Shown: piece after piece, positions 50,739 to 60,406 of the stretch
Layout: each line of letters starts with the position of its first letter
Position numbering within the stretch: the stretch's first letter is position 1
DNA from: Anaerolineae bacterium
GTDB lineage: Bacteria > Chloroflexota > Anaerolineae > Epilineales > JAHCIE01
Direction: 5' to 3'
Assembly: GCA_039810085.1 (NCBI GenBank)
Contig: JBDHWG010000006.1
Span: 85,265-149,264, forward strand
Length of the DNA stretch: 64,000 nucleotides
Program-made: the position numbers and the translations under genes
The notes under the pieces: generated by a model
What the model was told of the DNA's origin: nothing
Seen by the model: the letters and a program-made list of their open reading frames with translations, nothing else
Database searches by the model: none

Positions 50739-52151
50739 TTAACGTCGCAGCAGTGGGAAGTAGACGTGTTTGACCGAGGGCGTAGCCGTCGGCGTTATCG
50801 TACGTGTCGCGGTTACGGTGGCGGTCGCCGTTGCCGTCGCCGTTGCTGTGGCGGTCGCCCCTTCCGAAGCGGGTGGGGTGGCGGTCGGCGTCGCGGTCAC
50901 TGTGGCCGTGGGTGGCGCTTTCGTCGGAGTCGCCGTCCGCGTCGGCGTCGCTGTGGCTGTGGCGGTTGCCGTCGGTGTTGGAGTGGGCGGGACCACCGGG
51001 TCCCCCTGTAGCACTAAGCTGTGGCTGTACCCCGCGCCAATAAGGGAGACGTGGGTCAGCCCCGGCACAGCCACGGGCGCCGAAGGCTCCGATACCTGGC
51101 CCGTGCCCAACTGACCGACGTCGTTCGCCCCCCACGCCCACAACGTACGGTCCGACTTTACGGCAAGGTTGTAGGCATAACCCGCGACAATGCGGGTGAC
51201 GTTTTGCAGGCCCGGCACTTGGACCGGCGTCTCGCTGCTGCCGGTCGTGGTGGCAATCCCCAACTGGCGGAAGGTGTTGTCACCCCACGCCCAGACTGTC
51301 CCATCGGCGGCAAGAGCGATACTATGCTGATAGCCCGCCGCGAGCGCCGAGGCCGGCGCACTAAGATGAACAAAGACAGGCGTCAGGCTCATGGCGGTCG
51401 AGGCGTTGCCCAACTGCCCCTTGTCGTTCAGACCCCACGCGAGAACCGTGCCGTCGGCCTTCAAGGCCAGACTGTGGCGTCCGCCGCCCGCCACCGCCAC
51501 GATATTGGATAATCCGGGCACAGGCTCGGGCTGCAAGCGGTCATACGTATCGCCCAGGCCAAGCTGTCCAAACCCGTTGTTGCCCCATACCCACACCGTG
51601 CCGTCCGACTTCAACGCCAAATTGTGATGGTAGCCGGCGCTGATTGCCGTGATATGCTCCAGGCCCACGACACGAACCGGAACCGCGCGGTTGGTGGTCG
51701 AGTTGTTGCCGAGTTGCCCCAATGAGTTGTCGCCCCACGCCCAAACTGTTCCATCCGATGCCAGAGCCAGACTATGGCTCGCGCCCGCCGAAACCTCGAT
51801 GACATTCGCCAGGCCCGTCACCATCGCCGGCTCGGGGTGGCGGTTGTCATCAGCCGGCAAACCAAGCTGGCCGAAATCGTTGCGGCCCCACGCCCACACA
51901 TGGCCGTCCGCGTCAACCGCTAGGCTGTGGAGACCGCCTGCGCCCAGCCTGTACACCTGCGCTAGACCACTCCGCAAGGGATTCGGCTGGTCGAGGACAT
52001 CCCCACCGCCCACCTGGCCGTAGTCGTTCCATCCCCAGATCCACAATCCCGGATCCAATTCTGCGGGCGCGGTTGCGCCTGCTCCTCCCACGTATCCAAG
52101 AAGCACCAGCGCCGTGAGCGCCACAAGCATTCCACTAACCAATCGCGACAC
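50739..52151 (-). CDS. Secreted RCC1-repeat (beta-propeller) protein with C-terminal (TPTATA)n low-complexity tail
   Basis: Seven or more WAWG(R)N(D)FGQLG blades. GTG start with GGGAGGGG RBS and signal peptide. The last about 90 aa are Thr/Pro/Ala repeats. Confidence 0.75.
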   Translation of the reverse strand: MSRLVSGMLVALTALVLLGYVGGAGATAPAELDPGLWIWGWNDYGQVGGGDVLDQPNPLRSGLAQVYRLGAGGLHSLAVDADGHVWAWGRNDFGQLGLPADDNRHPEPAMVTGLANVIEVSAGASHSLALASDGTVWAWGDNSLGQLGNNSTTNRAVPVRVVGLEHITAISAGYHHNLALKSDGTVWVWGNNGFGQLGLGDTYDRLQPEPVPGLSNIVAVAGGGRHSLALKADGTVLAWGLNDKGQLGNASTAMSLTPVFVHLSAPASALAAGYQHSIALAADGTVWAWGDNTFRQLGIATTTGSSETPVQVPGLQNVTRIVAGYAYNLAVKSDRTLWAWGANDVGQLGTGQVSEPSAPVAVPGLTHVSLIGAGYSHSLVLQGDPVVPPTPTPTATATATATPTRTATPTKAPPTATVTATPTATPPASEGATATATATATATATVTATRTITPTATPSVKHVYFPLLRR

Positions 52152-52373
52152 GAAGCCCCTCCCTGTCACAATCACCAGCCAGAACTTTGGCTGGCATGCC
52201 CCCCCGATCCATAGGTTCGTTGCCTGCCGAGGCAAGCCGCTGGGGATTGTACGTTGTCGCGGCGTATCTGTCAACAGATTCGTGACGCCGCTTCATTTCT
52301 GCCCTTGCGTCCGCCTCCTCTCAAAGTGTATAATACGGGCCACTCTTTCCAACCGTTCAATAGAGTTTTCACC

Positions 52374-53600
52374 ATGTCTGCATCTGTGCTGCCAATACGC
52401 GGTTTCTTCACCTTTCCCTGGGACCTGCTTGCCGAGCCTGTCGAGGCGACGCTCAAGGTTATGCAGGAGACGTATCTATCTAACGCTATCGTGATCGCCG
52501 GAAGCTATCACCAGGCCCGCCTGTTTGCCCCACGCGGCGAACAGAGCTACTACATGGAGCGGCCCGCCTCGACCCTGGCCTTCCACCCGACCCTATCGTT
52601 CTATCCCCCTGAAGGCCCCTGGCCTGTCGTCGACCTGTCGATTGCGGACCCGGCCATTATTGCGCAGGCGCGCGATGTCGCCGCAACCCTCGACATGCAG
52701 TTCTTGGTCTGGCTTGTCACGCTGCACAGCTCGACCCTGGGCCAGGCCCACCCTGACTTGTGCGTGCAAAATCTCGCCGGCGACCGCTATAGCTTCAACC
52801 TGTGCCCATCTCAACCCCGCGTGCGAAGCTATGCGATGGGCCTGGTGCGCGACGTGTGCAAGCAGGCCCATCCCCACTCACTCATCCTCGAAAGCCCATC
52901 CTTCATGTCGGCGAGCCACGAGAGCTACCACATGGGCGTCTCGACCCCCATCGGCGAGGCAGCGGGTTGGCTACTGGGCCTGTGCTTCTGCTCGAGATGC
53001 CTGGCCCGTGCACAGGCACAGGACATCGACGCGCTCGGCGCGCTCTATGACGCGCGGAGCTTGCTGCCCGCGCTGCTGCAAGACAACGCCGATAGTCTGC
53101 CAGATGCCCACGGCCCATCGCCGCTGACAGCCATTCTCCTGGGGTGGCCGCGTCTACGAGCGTATGCGGAGATGCGGATGGACGTTGTGATGTCTCTCTT
53201 AACGGAGATGACGCATGTCGCCCACGATGCGAATGCCCGCGTTCAGGTGATCATCAACGCCGACGTCGGCCACGTAAGCCGGGCGTGGATGCTGGGGCTG
53301 GATGTGGGCAAGCTCGGAGCGGCCGTCGACGGAGCCGTCGTGTTGGCGAATCCCTCGGACACAATCGGCCTTCAACGCGAGATGAGCATGCTGCGCGCGC
53401 TGGCCCCCAGCTTGCCCATGAACGTTTCGCTGGACGCTGGCTATCCCGCGACACTAGACCGGGATGCGCTAGTGCATGCCGCAATCGCCTCGACCGAGGC
53501 ATCGGCCGAGGGTGTCCTGTACCGTAATTGGGGGCTGCTCACCTCACAGCGTCTTGACTGGGTTCGCGCCGCGAACGTGGCTGTCCTCGGCCTCCCCTAG
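52374..53600 (+). CDS. Hypothetical protein, possible glycoside-hydrolase-like TIM barrel (GHL family)
   Basis: No strong motif. NLCPSQPRVRSYAMGLVRDVC resembles the NPxxPEVR..Y segment of GHL10/DUF187-type putative glycosidases. Start chosen at internal ATG, weak RBS. Confidence 0.4.
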   Translation: MSASVLPIRGFFTFPWDLLAEPVEATLKVMQETYLSNAIVIAGSYHQARLFAPRGEQSYYMERPASTLAFHPTLSFYPPEGPWPVVDLSIADPAIIAQARDVAATLDMQFLVWLVTLHSSTLGQAHPDLCVQNLAGDRYSFNLCPSQPRVRSYAMGLVRDVCKQAHPHSLILESPSFMSASHESYHMGVSTPIGEAAGWLLGLCFCSRCLARAQAQDIDALGALYDARSLLPALLQDNADSLPDAHGPSPLTAILLGWPRLRAYAEMRMDVVMSLLTEMTHVAHDANARVQVIINADVGHVSRAWMLGLDVGKLGAAVDGAVVLANPSDTIGLQREMSMLRALAPSLPMNVSLDAGYPATLDRDALVHAAIASTEASAEGVLYRNWGLLTSQRLDWVRAANVAVLGLP

Positions 53601-55654
53601 TCGGCCATCCTATCCACTTCCTTGGCTACCGCTTCGACGATGCCTTCGGCTCTAAGTTGGGTCGCCGGGAAGTAGTGGCCGCCCAGCGCATCGGCCAGGG
53701 CATGCGCGGCCCCATCCAATCCACCGCTTTCCGCGTCGATGACGACCGAATGCACCCCCGCCTGCCGCAGCAGATACGCCAGGCGGGCGATCTCCTCTTC
53801 GGGTTCCATGTCCTCGGTCAGTGGGACGTTGCCGACACCGTCGGTCAACAGGATCAACAGGGGAAGAGCACGGGCGTCAACCTGGCGCGCGCGCTGAAAC
53901 GTGTGGTAAGCCAGCAGGAGCGCGTGGGCCAGCGGCGTTTTGCCGCCGATGGGCAACCCCGTCAGCGCACGCTGGGCGCGTTCGACGCTGCTCGTGAACG
54001 GCAGGACAAGGCGCGCCTCGTCCCGCCGGAACACGACAACGGCGACCCGGTCACGCCGCTGGTAGGCGTCGCGCAGCAGCGAAAGCACCGCGCCCCTGGT
54101 CGCCGCGATGCGCTCCCCCGCCGCCATGCTCCAGCTCGCATCCACGGCGAACAGGATCATGTTGCCGACGCGCCGCGTTCGTATCTTGCGCCGATAGTCA
54201 CTCGGCTCTATGATGAGCGCGCGAGGATCGTCATCGCCCTGTCTTGCGCGGCGCTCACGCTGAAACGGCGCGGCAGCGCGAAACGTCGCATCGAGCGCCA
54301 GGTCTGAGGCGGCGTCCTCGCCCGGCCGGCTGGCGACGTAGTGGCCGCGCTTGCGCTCGGTGAGGGAGTAGCTGCGGCGGCCGCTGGTGTGGCGCGTGAT
54401 GCGGTCGAGGGTCGTGGTCAGGCGACGAGTCCGGAACTCCGCGCCGGTCTGCGCAACGCGGTCGGCGACCGTGGGCGGGGCAGGGCCGGGTGGGTTATGC
54501 GCGCCGCTGGCGTCGGTCGCCTCGGCGTCGCCGGTCTCGTCAGCCTCCGCCGTCTCCCCCTCTCGGCCGCCGCTAATCGCCGCGACGGTCACCTCGCCGC
54601 TCTCTGAGGGCATGCTTATGGACGCGGCGCGACGCGCCTTATCCAGCCGCGACTCGATATCCGCGACGCCGACCGGCGTTTCTTGCAACCCTTCGCGGCG
54701 CATGCGGTGTGGCAGCGCCAGTTCCGCCGCGAGCGCCACGTCCACATCCTTCAGCTGTGTCCGCCCGGCAAACGCGGCGTGAGCAAGCGCCGCCTTGAGA
54801 ATCGCCAGGTCCGCCCGGTGTCCGGCGACATCGTAGCCCGCCGTCAACTCAGCGATGGCGCGCAGGTCTGTAGGCGCAAAGCGCACTCGCGGGAGCAACT
54901 TCTGCGCGGCCGCGATCTGCTCGGCGAGGGCGCGCTCCTCTTCTTCCCACTGCGCGTAGAACGCCGCCGGATTGTGCTCGAAGCGGAGCCGCCGCGCCAA
55001 CACCTCGGCTCGCGCCGCAGGGTCGGTGATGCCGTGGATAGTGACCAGCAGCGCGAAGCGGTCGAGGAGCTGCGGCCGCAGCTCGCCTTCCTCCGGGTTC
55101 ATCGTCCCGATCAGGATGAAGCGCGCCGGATGGCTGAACGAGATGCCCTCACGCTCGACCACGTTGACCCCCATCGCCGCCACGTCGAGTAGCAAATCGA
55201 CGACGTGGTCGTCCAGCAGATTGACCTCGTCGATGTAGAGGATGCCCCGGTTCGCGGCGGCGAGGACGCCCGGCTCGAAGCGACGCTCCCCCGTCTGTAG
55301 GGCCTGCCCGATATCCAGCGTGCCGACAACGCGGTCCTCCGTCGCACTGACGGGCAACTCGACGAAGCGGACACGCCGCGTGGCCCTCGGCAGCGTCTCG
55401 CCGCGCGCCACCCGCTCCTGACACAAACTGCATAGGCTGGCGGGGTCGGCTGGGTCGCAGCTGAAGGGGCAGTCGGCGACGACCTCGATGTCCGGCAGGA
55501 GCATCGCCAGCGCCCTGGCCGCTGTGCTCTTGGCCGTCCCGCGCTCGCCCCGAATGAGGACGCCGCCGATGGCCGGGCTGATGGCGTTCAGGATAAGGGC
55601 GCGCTTGAGCTGGTCTTGGCGGACAATGGCCGTGAAGGGGAAGATGATGGGCAT
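53597..55654 (-). CDS. Magnesium-chelatase-like AAA+ ATPase fused to vWA domain (ChlI/ChlD-like)
   Basis: N-terminus IFPFTAIVRQDQLKRALIL plus Walker A GERGTAKS (ChlI-like), an acidic/Pro-rich linker, and a C-terminal vWA domain with MIDAS DASWSM...T. No bchH/chlH partner in the window. Confidence 0.75.
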   Translation of the reverse strand: MPIIFPFTAIVRQDQLKRALILNAISPAIGGVLIRGERGTAKSTAARALAMLLPDIEVVADCPFSCDPADPASLCSLCQERVARGETLPRATRRVRFVELPVSATEDRVVGTLDIGQALQTGERRFEPGVLAAANRGILYIDEVNLLDDHVVDLLLDVAAMGVNVVEREGISFSHPARFILIGTMNPEEGELRPQLLDRFALLVTIHGITDPAARAEVLARRLRFEHNPAAFYAQWEEEERALAEQIAAAQKLLPRVRFAPTDLRAIAELTAGYDVAGHRADLAILKAALAHAAFAGRTQLKDVDVALAAELALPHRMRREGLQETPVGVADIESRLDKARRAASISMPSESGEVTVAAISGGREGETAEADETGDAEATDASGAHNPPGPAPPTVADRVAQTGAEFRTRRLTTTLDRITRHTSGRRSYSLTERKRGHYVASRPGEDAASDLALDATFRAAAPFQRERRARQGDDDPRALIIEPSDYRRKIRTRRVGNMILFAVDASWSMAAGERIAATRGAVLSLLRDAYQRRDRVAVVVFRRDEARLVLPFTSSVERAQRALTGLPIGGKTPLAHALLLAYHTFQRARQVDARALPLLILLTDGVGNVPLTEDMEPEEEIARLAYLLRQAGVHSVVIDAESGGLDGAAHALADALGGHYFPATQLRAEGIVEAVAKEVDRMAD

Positions 55655-55713
55655 AAAGTAGAAGGACCTCTTTCGCAGGTGTCACCAGCAATTATACGCC
55701 GGTGCAAAAGTCT

Positions 55714-55742
55714 TTGACTCATCCCCAATTCCGCGCATAATT
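55714..55742 (+). promoter_or_regulatory. Putative his-operon promoter TTGACT-17-ATAATT (or CATAAT with 16 nt)
   Basis: Seen directly about 170 nt upstream of hisZ. Confidence 0.45.
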
Positions 55743-55912
55743 TGCTTTACTCCGGTGCGCAGACGATATACACAACACGCTGGCGGCCGGCAACGACAGT
55801 CTCACCGCCGAGGCGCAGAGCGCATGGAGCGCCCTTCTAATCGCTCCCGCGCCTGCGCTTTTGTAATGGGCCGCGCCGTCGGCTCGGGTATCGATCCCAG
55901 GATGTTAACCGC

Positions 55913-57121
55913 TTGCTGAAGCCAATGACTCTCCGTGGGCAGCTGCCGCGTGGCGTGCAGGACTGGTTCCTCGCCGACGCTGCTCGGCGCGCTGACATCG
56001 AGGCGCGTATCGCCCAGGTGTTTCGCGCCTGGGGCTACGGCCAGATCATCCCCCCCACCTTCGAATACTACGAGAATCTCGCCCTTGGCCTCAGCGCAAG
56101 CGTTCAGGAGGCGACCTACCGCTTCCTGGACCATCGCGGCCACACCCTCGCCCTCCGTCCCGATCTCACCATCCAGACGGCGCGCATCGTCGGCACCAAG
56201 CTCTACGACCAGCCGATGCCGCTGCGCTTCTTTTATGTCGAGCCGGTATTCCGCTACATCGAAGTGCAGGCGGGCCGCCAGCGTGAGTTTACCCAAGCGG
56301 GCATCGAGCTGATTGGCGCCTCAACACCGGCGGCGGATGCCGAAGTCGTCGCCCTAGCGGTCGAGGCGCTGCGAGCGGCTGGGCTGACCGACTTTCGCGT
56401 CTCCATCGGCCACATCAACTTCTTCCGCGCCCTGCTTGCCGAAGCCGGCCTGTCCCCTGACGCGGCTGAGACCGTGCAGGAAGCCATCGACCGCAAGAGT
56501 CGGACCTCGGTACGCGCAGCTTTGAACGGCAACCACGCCCCCGCCATGCGTGCGCTGGAAGAGCTACCAACGCTGGTCGGCGGGCCGGAGATTCTCGACC
56601 GCGCCCGAGACCTAGCGCCGTGGCCTGCCGCGCAAGCTGCGCTCGATAACCTGGCCGCCATCTACGATTGGCTAGGCCGGGCGGGCCTGGCCGAGCCGAT
56701 TATCATCGACCTGGCCGAAGTGCGCGGCATGAACTACTACACCGGCCTCACCTTCGAGGCATTCGCCAGCGGCATGGGCTTCGCCCTCCTCAACGGCGGC
56801 CGCTACGATCACCTCGTCGGCCAGTTCGGGCCGGAGTGCCCCTCCGTCGGCTTTGCCCTTGGGGTGGATCGCCTGATGATGGCGCTCGGTGAAAGTCAGT
56901 GGGCCGAACACCTCCCTGACGTCCTTGTCGCGTATAGCGACGACCCGACCTGCCTGGCGGCCCTCGCCCACCTGCGCGCCTCGGGACGACGCGTCGAGAT
57001 GGACGTCCTCTGCCGTGACACGTCAGCCCTACTCGACTATGCCCAGGCGCGCGGCATTCCGGCGGTGCTCGTGTGGAACGGCGAGCGACTCGTGGCGTTG
57101 CGCGAGGGGGACGTGCGATGA
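55913..57121 (+). CDS. hisZ: ATP phosphoribosyltransferase regulatory subunit (HisRS paralog)
   Basis: Class II aaRS-like core lacking an anticodon-binding domain. Followed by short-form hisG with ATGA overlap. Confidence 0.85.
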   Translation: MLKPMTLRGQLPRGVQDWFLADAARRADIEARIAQVFRAWGYGQIIPPTFEYYENLALGLSASVQEATYRFLDHRGHTLALRPDLTIQTARIVGTKLYDQPMPLRFFYVEPVFRYIEVQAGRQREFTQAGIELIGASTPAADAEVVALAVEALRAAGLTDFRVSIGHINFFRALLAEAGLSPDAAETVQEAIDRKSRTSVRAALNGNHAPAMRALEELPTLVGGPEILDRARDLAPWPAAQAALDNLAAIYDWLGRAGLAEPIIIDLAEVRGMNYYTGLTFEAFASGMGFALLNGGRYDHLVGQFGPECPSVGFALGVDRLMMALGESQWAEHLPDVLVAYSDDPTCLAALAHLRASGRRVEMDVLCRDTSALLDYAQARGIPAVLVWNGERLVALREGDVR

Positions 57122-57783
57122 CTACGCCGGCTCTCATCGTCGCCCTCGCCAAGGGCCGCATCTTCGACTCGGCGCTGGCGCGTCTCGCGGCGGCGGGCTA
57201 TGCCATCCCGCCCGGCCTCTCCGATGGCTCGCGCCGCCTGATGGTCGATACCCTGGATGGCGCGCTGCGGCTGCTCCTCGTGAAGAGCGGCGACGTGCCG
57301 ACGTACGTCGAGTACGGGGCAGCTGATTGCGGCATTGCCGGGCGCGACGTCGTCGCCGAGTCGGGGCGGGATGTACTGGAGCCGTTGCCGCTCGGTTTTG
57401 CCCGCTGCAGTTTGGTCGTGGCCGCGCCGACGGACCACGCAAGGGCGCCGCTCCACCGGCTGACATCGGTGCGCGTCGCCACCAAGTACCCGCGCCTGAC
57501 GCGCGCCTACTTCGAGGCGCAGGGCCTGTCGGTGGACATCATCCCGCTCAGCGGCTCAGTCGAGTTGGCCCCCGCGGCGGGCCTGGCGGACTTCATCGTG
57601 GACATGGTCGAGACGGGCACGACACTGCGCGAGAACAACCTGACACCCGTCGATGTTGTTCTCGACTCGGAAGCGCTGCTCATCCTCAACCGCGCCAGCC
57701 ACAAGCTGAAGATGGATGCTATTGGCGAGCTGATTCGGCGGCTGGAGAGCGTGAGCGAGACATTTTCAGAGAGCGCCAGATAA
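57118..57783 (+). CDS. hisG: ATP phosphoribosyltransferase, short form
   Basis: LIVALAKGRIFDSALARLAAAGY... about 220 aa with no C-terminal regulatory domain. This matches the presence of hisZ. Confidence 0.9.
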   Translation: MTTPALIVALAKGRIFDSALARLAAAGYAIPPGLSDGSRRLMVDTLDGALRLLLVKSGDVPTYVEYGAADCGIAGRDVVAESGRDVLEPLPLGFARCSLVVAAPTDHARAPLHRLTSVRVATKYPRLTRAYFEAQGLSVDIIPLSGSVELAPAAGLADFIVDMVETGTTLRENNLTPVDVVLDSEALLILNRASHKLKMDAIGELIRRLESVSETFSESAR

Positions 57784-57807
57784 AGAGATGTTGGTAGGAT
57801 TGATTCT

Positions 57808-59181
57808 ATGCTAGAGACCGAGATCGCCATTCGCATCCTGAGCGTCGCCGAGGCGCAGAACACCATCCTCCGCCGCGAGGCCATCGACCACACCGCCGTC
57901 AGTCCGGCGATGGCGGCGGGCATTCGCCGCGTGTTCGGCGAGGACCTCTCGGCCACTGCTGTCGTTGACCGCATCCTGGCTGATGTGCGCGCGCGGGGCG
58001 ACGCTGCCGTGCGCGACTACACGTGCCGCATCGACGGGGTAGACCTGACGTCGGCCCAGGTGGACGACGAGGAGATGGACGCAGCGTGGGCTGAGACGCC
58101 GGAGAGTCTGCGCGCCGCCATCGCCCGTGCCATCGAGCGCATCCAGGCATTCCACGAGCGCGAGCCACGCGGCTCCTGGATCGACTGGCGCGACAACGAG
58201 GCGATGGGCCAGATTGTGCGCCCCATCGAGCGCGTTGGGCTGTATGTCCCCGCCGGCGCCGCGCCCCTGCCGTCATCCCTGCTCATGGCAGCCGTTCCGG
58301 CGCGCGTCGCAGGCGTCGAGGAGATTATCCTATGTACGCCGCCGGACGCGACGGGCCGCGCGAATGCGACGACGCTGGCTGCGGCGCGCCTGGTGGGTAT
58401 CATGCGTGTCTTCAAGATCGGTGGCGCCCAAGCCATCGCTGCCCTCGCCTATGGCACGCAGACCGTGCCGCGCGTCGACAAGATCGTCGGCCCGGGCAAC
58501 CCGTTCGTCGTCCTGGCGCAGAAGGCCGTCTTCGGTACGGTCGGCATCGCCAATCTGCCCGGCCCGACCGAGACCCTGCTCATCGCCGACGACAGCGCCA
58601 ACCCGGCCTGGACCGCCGCCGACCTTCTGGCGCAGAGCGAGCACGTCATGGGCACGGCCATCCTGCTCACGCCGTCACAAACGCTGGCCGAAGCCGTGCA
58701 GCGCGAGATCGCGATCCAGGTCGCCGATCTGCGGTGGCGCGATGGCATTCTGGCTTCCCTCGCGACGAACGGCGGCATCGTCATCACCGAGAGCATCGAC
58801 CAGGCGGTCGAGATGGCGAACGCTTTCGCGCCCGAGCACCTGTGCCTGCTGACCCGCGACCCGTGGAGTCTGGTGGGCCGGGTGAGGCACGCCGGCGGCA
58901 TCTTCGTCGGCGAGGCCTCGTCAGAGGCTCTCGGCGACTACATCTACGGCCCCAGCCACATCATGCCGACGAGCCGCACGGCGCGCTTCACGTCGCCCAT
59001 CCACGTGCGCGACTTCTTGAAGGTCATCTCGGTCTTTGGCGCGAGCCTGCCCGTCCACAATGAGCTTGCCCCGGCTGCTATCCAGTTAGCCGAGGCGGAG
59101 GGCCTGACGGCGCACGCGGCGGCGCTGCGACAGCGGCTAGCGGGCCAGGGGCAAACCGGAGTAGATGGACGTCATGAGTGA
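57808..59181 (+). CDS. hisD: Histidinol dehydrogenase
   Basis: Full-length HisD motifs (…GIANLPGPTETL…, QSEHVMGTA, YIYGPSHIMPTS). Confidence 0.9.
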   Translation: MLETEIAIRILSVAEAQNTILRREAIDHTAVSPAMAAGIRRVFGEDLSATAVVDRILADVRARGDAAVRDYTCRIDGVDLTSAQVDDEEMDAAWAETPESLRAAIARAIERIQAFHEREPRGSWIDWRDNEAMGQIVRPIERVGLYVPAGAAPLPSSLLMAAVPARVAGVEEIILCTPPDATGRANATTLAAARLVGIMRVFKIGGAQAIAALAYGTQTVPRVDKIVGPGNPFVVLAQKAVFGTVGIANLPGPTETLLIADDSANPAWTAADLLAQSEHVMGTAILLTPSQTLAEAVQREIAIQVADLRWRDGILASLATNGGIVITESIDQAVEMANAFAPEHLCLLTRDPWSLVGRVRHAGGIFVGEASSEALGDYIYGPSHIMPTSRTARFTSPIHVRDFLKVISVFGASLPVHNELAPAAIQLAEAEGLTAHAAALRQRLAGQGQTGVDGRHE

Positions 59182-60406
59182 GATGTCGGCGCAGCCCAAC
59201 ACGCCGTCCGACGCTGCGTCCGTGCTCGCGCCCGCGTCTTCACCTGAGGCCGACCGCGCCATCGGAGCAATGCTCGGCCTGGCGATTGGCGACGCGCTGG
59301 GCGCGCCGGTCGAGGGCTGGCCGCCGCAGCGCATCGTCGAGCGGCTGGGCGCCGTGGACAGCTACGTAGACCTGGACCGGCTGCCGGGCCTCTACACGTC
59401 GCGGACGCAGCAGGCGCTGTGTCTGCTCGACACGCTGCTGGCCGAGGACGGCTTCAAGCCGGAGTCGCTGGGGTTGAGCTTCGTCACGATGAGCAAGGCG
59501 CTGCACCAGAAGTGGCCCATCTACGGCGCGTTCCGCGCGACAAACCGGGGCTTTCGTGACGCCGTGGACCGGCTGGCCGACGGCGTGTCGTGGCGAGAAA
59601 GCGGAACGCTGAGCGCGAGCAATGACCCGGCGCTCCGCGTCGTCCCGCTGGCCGTTTGGGCGCGGGAGTACCGCGTGGTCCAGTTTCGGGAAGACGTGAT
59701 CGAGTCGGCCTGGATCACTCACCGCGACCCGCGCGCCCTGGCCGGCGCCCTGGCGTTTGCCTTTGCCGTGGTGCATGTCGTGAACCTGTCCAATGCCGCG
59801 CAGTTCGACGCCCGTGGCTTCCTTCGCGCCATCGCCGAGTTCACCCGCGACGCCGAGGCGGTCATCGCCAAGCGCTGGTGGGCCGCTGACCTGAAGCTGC
59901 CCCACGATGCAGTCCACGACGTGAGCAACGTCTTGCGTCGCAGTGAAGGCTGGCTGGGGCAATCATCGGCCAGGCTGGTAGAGCAGGTGACACGCTTTGC
60001 GCGCCCGCTGGGCGAGCGAGATGTGCGCGGCACGTCGGCTTTCGTTGTCGCGTCGCTCACAACGGCGCTGGTCACGTTCGCGTGTCTCGCCGCCGCACCC
60101 CAGGACGCGCTCATTGAAGCGGTCAACCTGGGTGGCGATACATCGGGCATCGGCGGGATGGTGGGCGCGCTCGCAGGCGGTCTGCATGGCCTGCAAGCGT
60201 TTCGAGAAGCGTGGGTGACAGGCTTGCAAAATGCAGCCGTGATCCGCCAGCGGGCTGAGAGTCTTGCATCGGGCGAGGGATTGCCAGAGGGCGCGCTGCG
60301 CTTGGTACGCGTGGAAGCCGCGCTGACCGAGGCCGAGATACCACGCCTCAAAGCCCGCCATACTGGACCACACACCGAGGAAGACCGAGGGCAGGATGAC
60401 CACTGA
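59165..60406 (+). CDS. ADP-ribosylglycohydrolase-family protein embedded in his operon
   Basis: AMLGLAIGDALGAPVEG N-terminal metal-site motif and a C-terminal GGDTSGIGGMVGALAG motif typical of the ARH/DraG fold. Overlaps the hisD stop. Start could be 59174 or 59183. Confidence 0.7.
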   Translation: MDVMSEMSAQPNTPSDAASVLAPASSPEADRAIGAMLGLAIGDALGAPVEGWPPQRIVERLGAVDSYVDLDRLPGLYTSRTQQALCLLDTLLAEDGFKPESLGLSFVTMSKALHQKWPIYGAFRATNRGFRDAVDRLADGVSWRESGTLSASNDPALRVVPLAVWAREYRVVQFREDVIESAWITHRDPRALAGALAFAFAVVHVVNLSNAAQFDARGFLRAIAEFTRDAEAVIAKRWWAADLKLPHDAVHDVSNVLRRSEGWLGQSSARLVEQVTRFARPLGERDVRGTSAFVVASLTTALVTFACLAAAPQDALIEAVNLGGDTSGIGGMVGALAGGLHGLQAFREAWVTGLQNAAVIRQRAESLASGEGLPEGALRLVRVEAALTEAEIPRLKARHTGPHTEEDRGQDDH

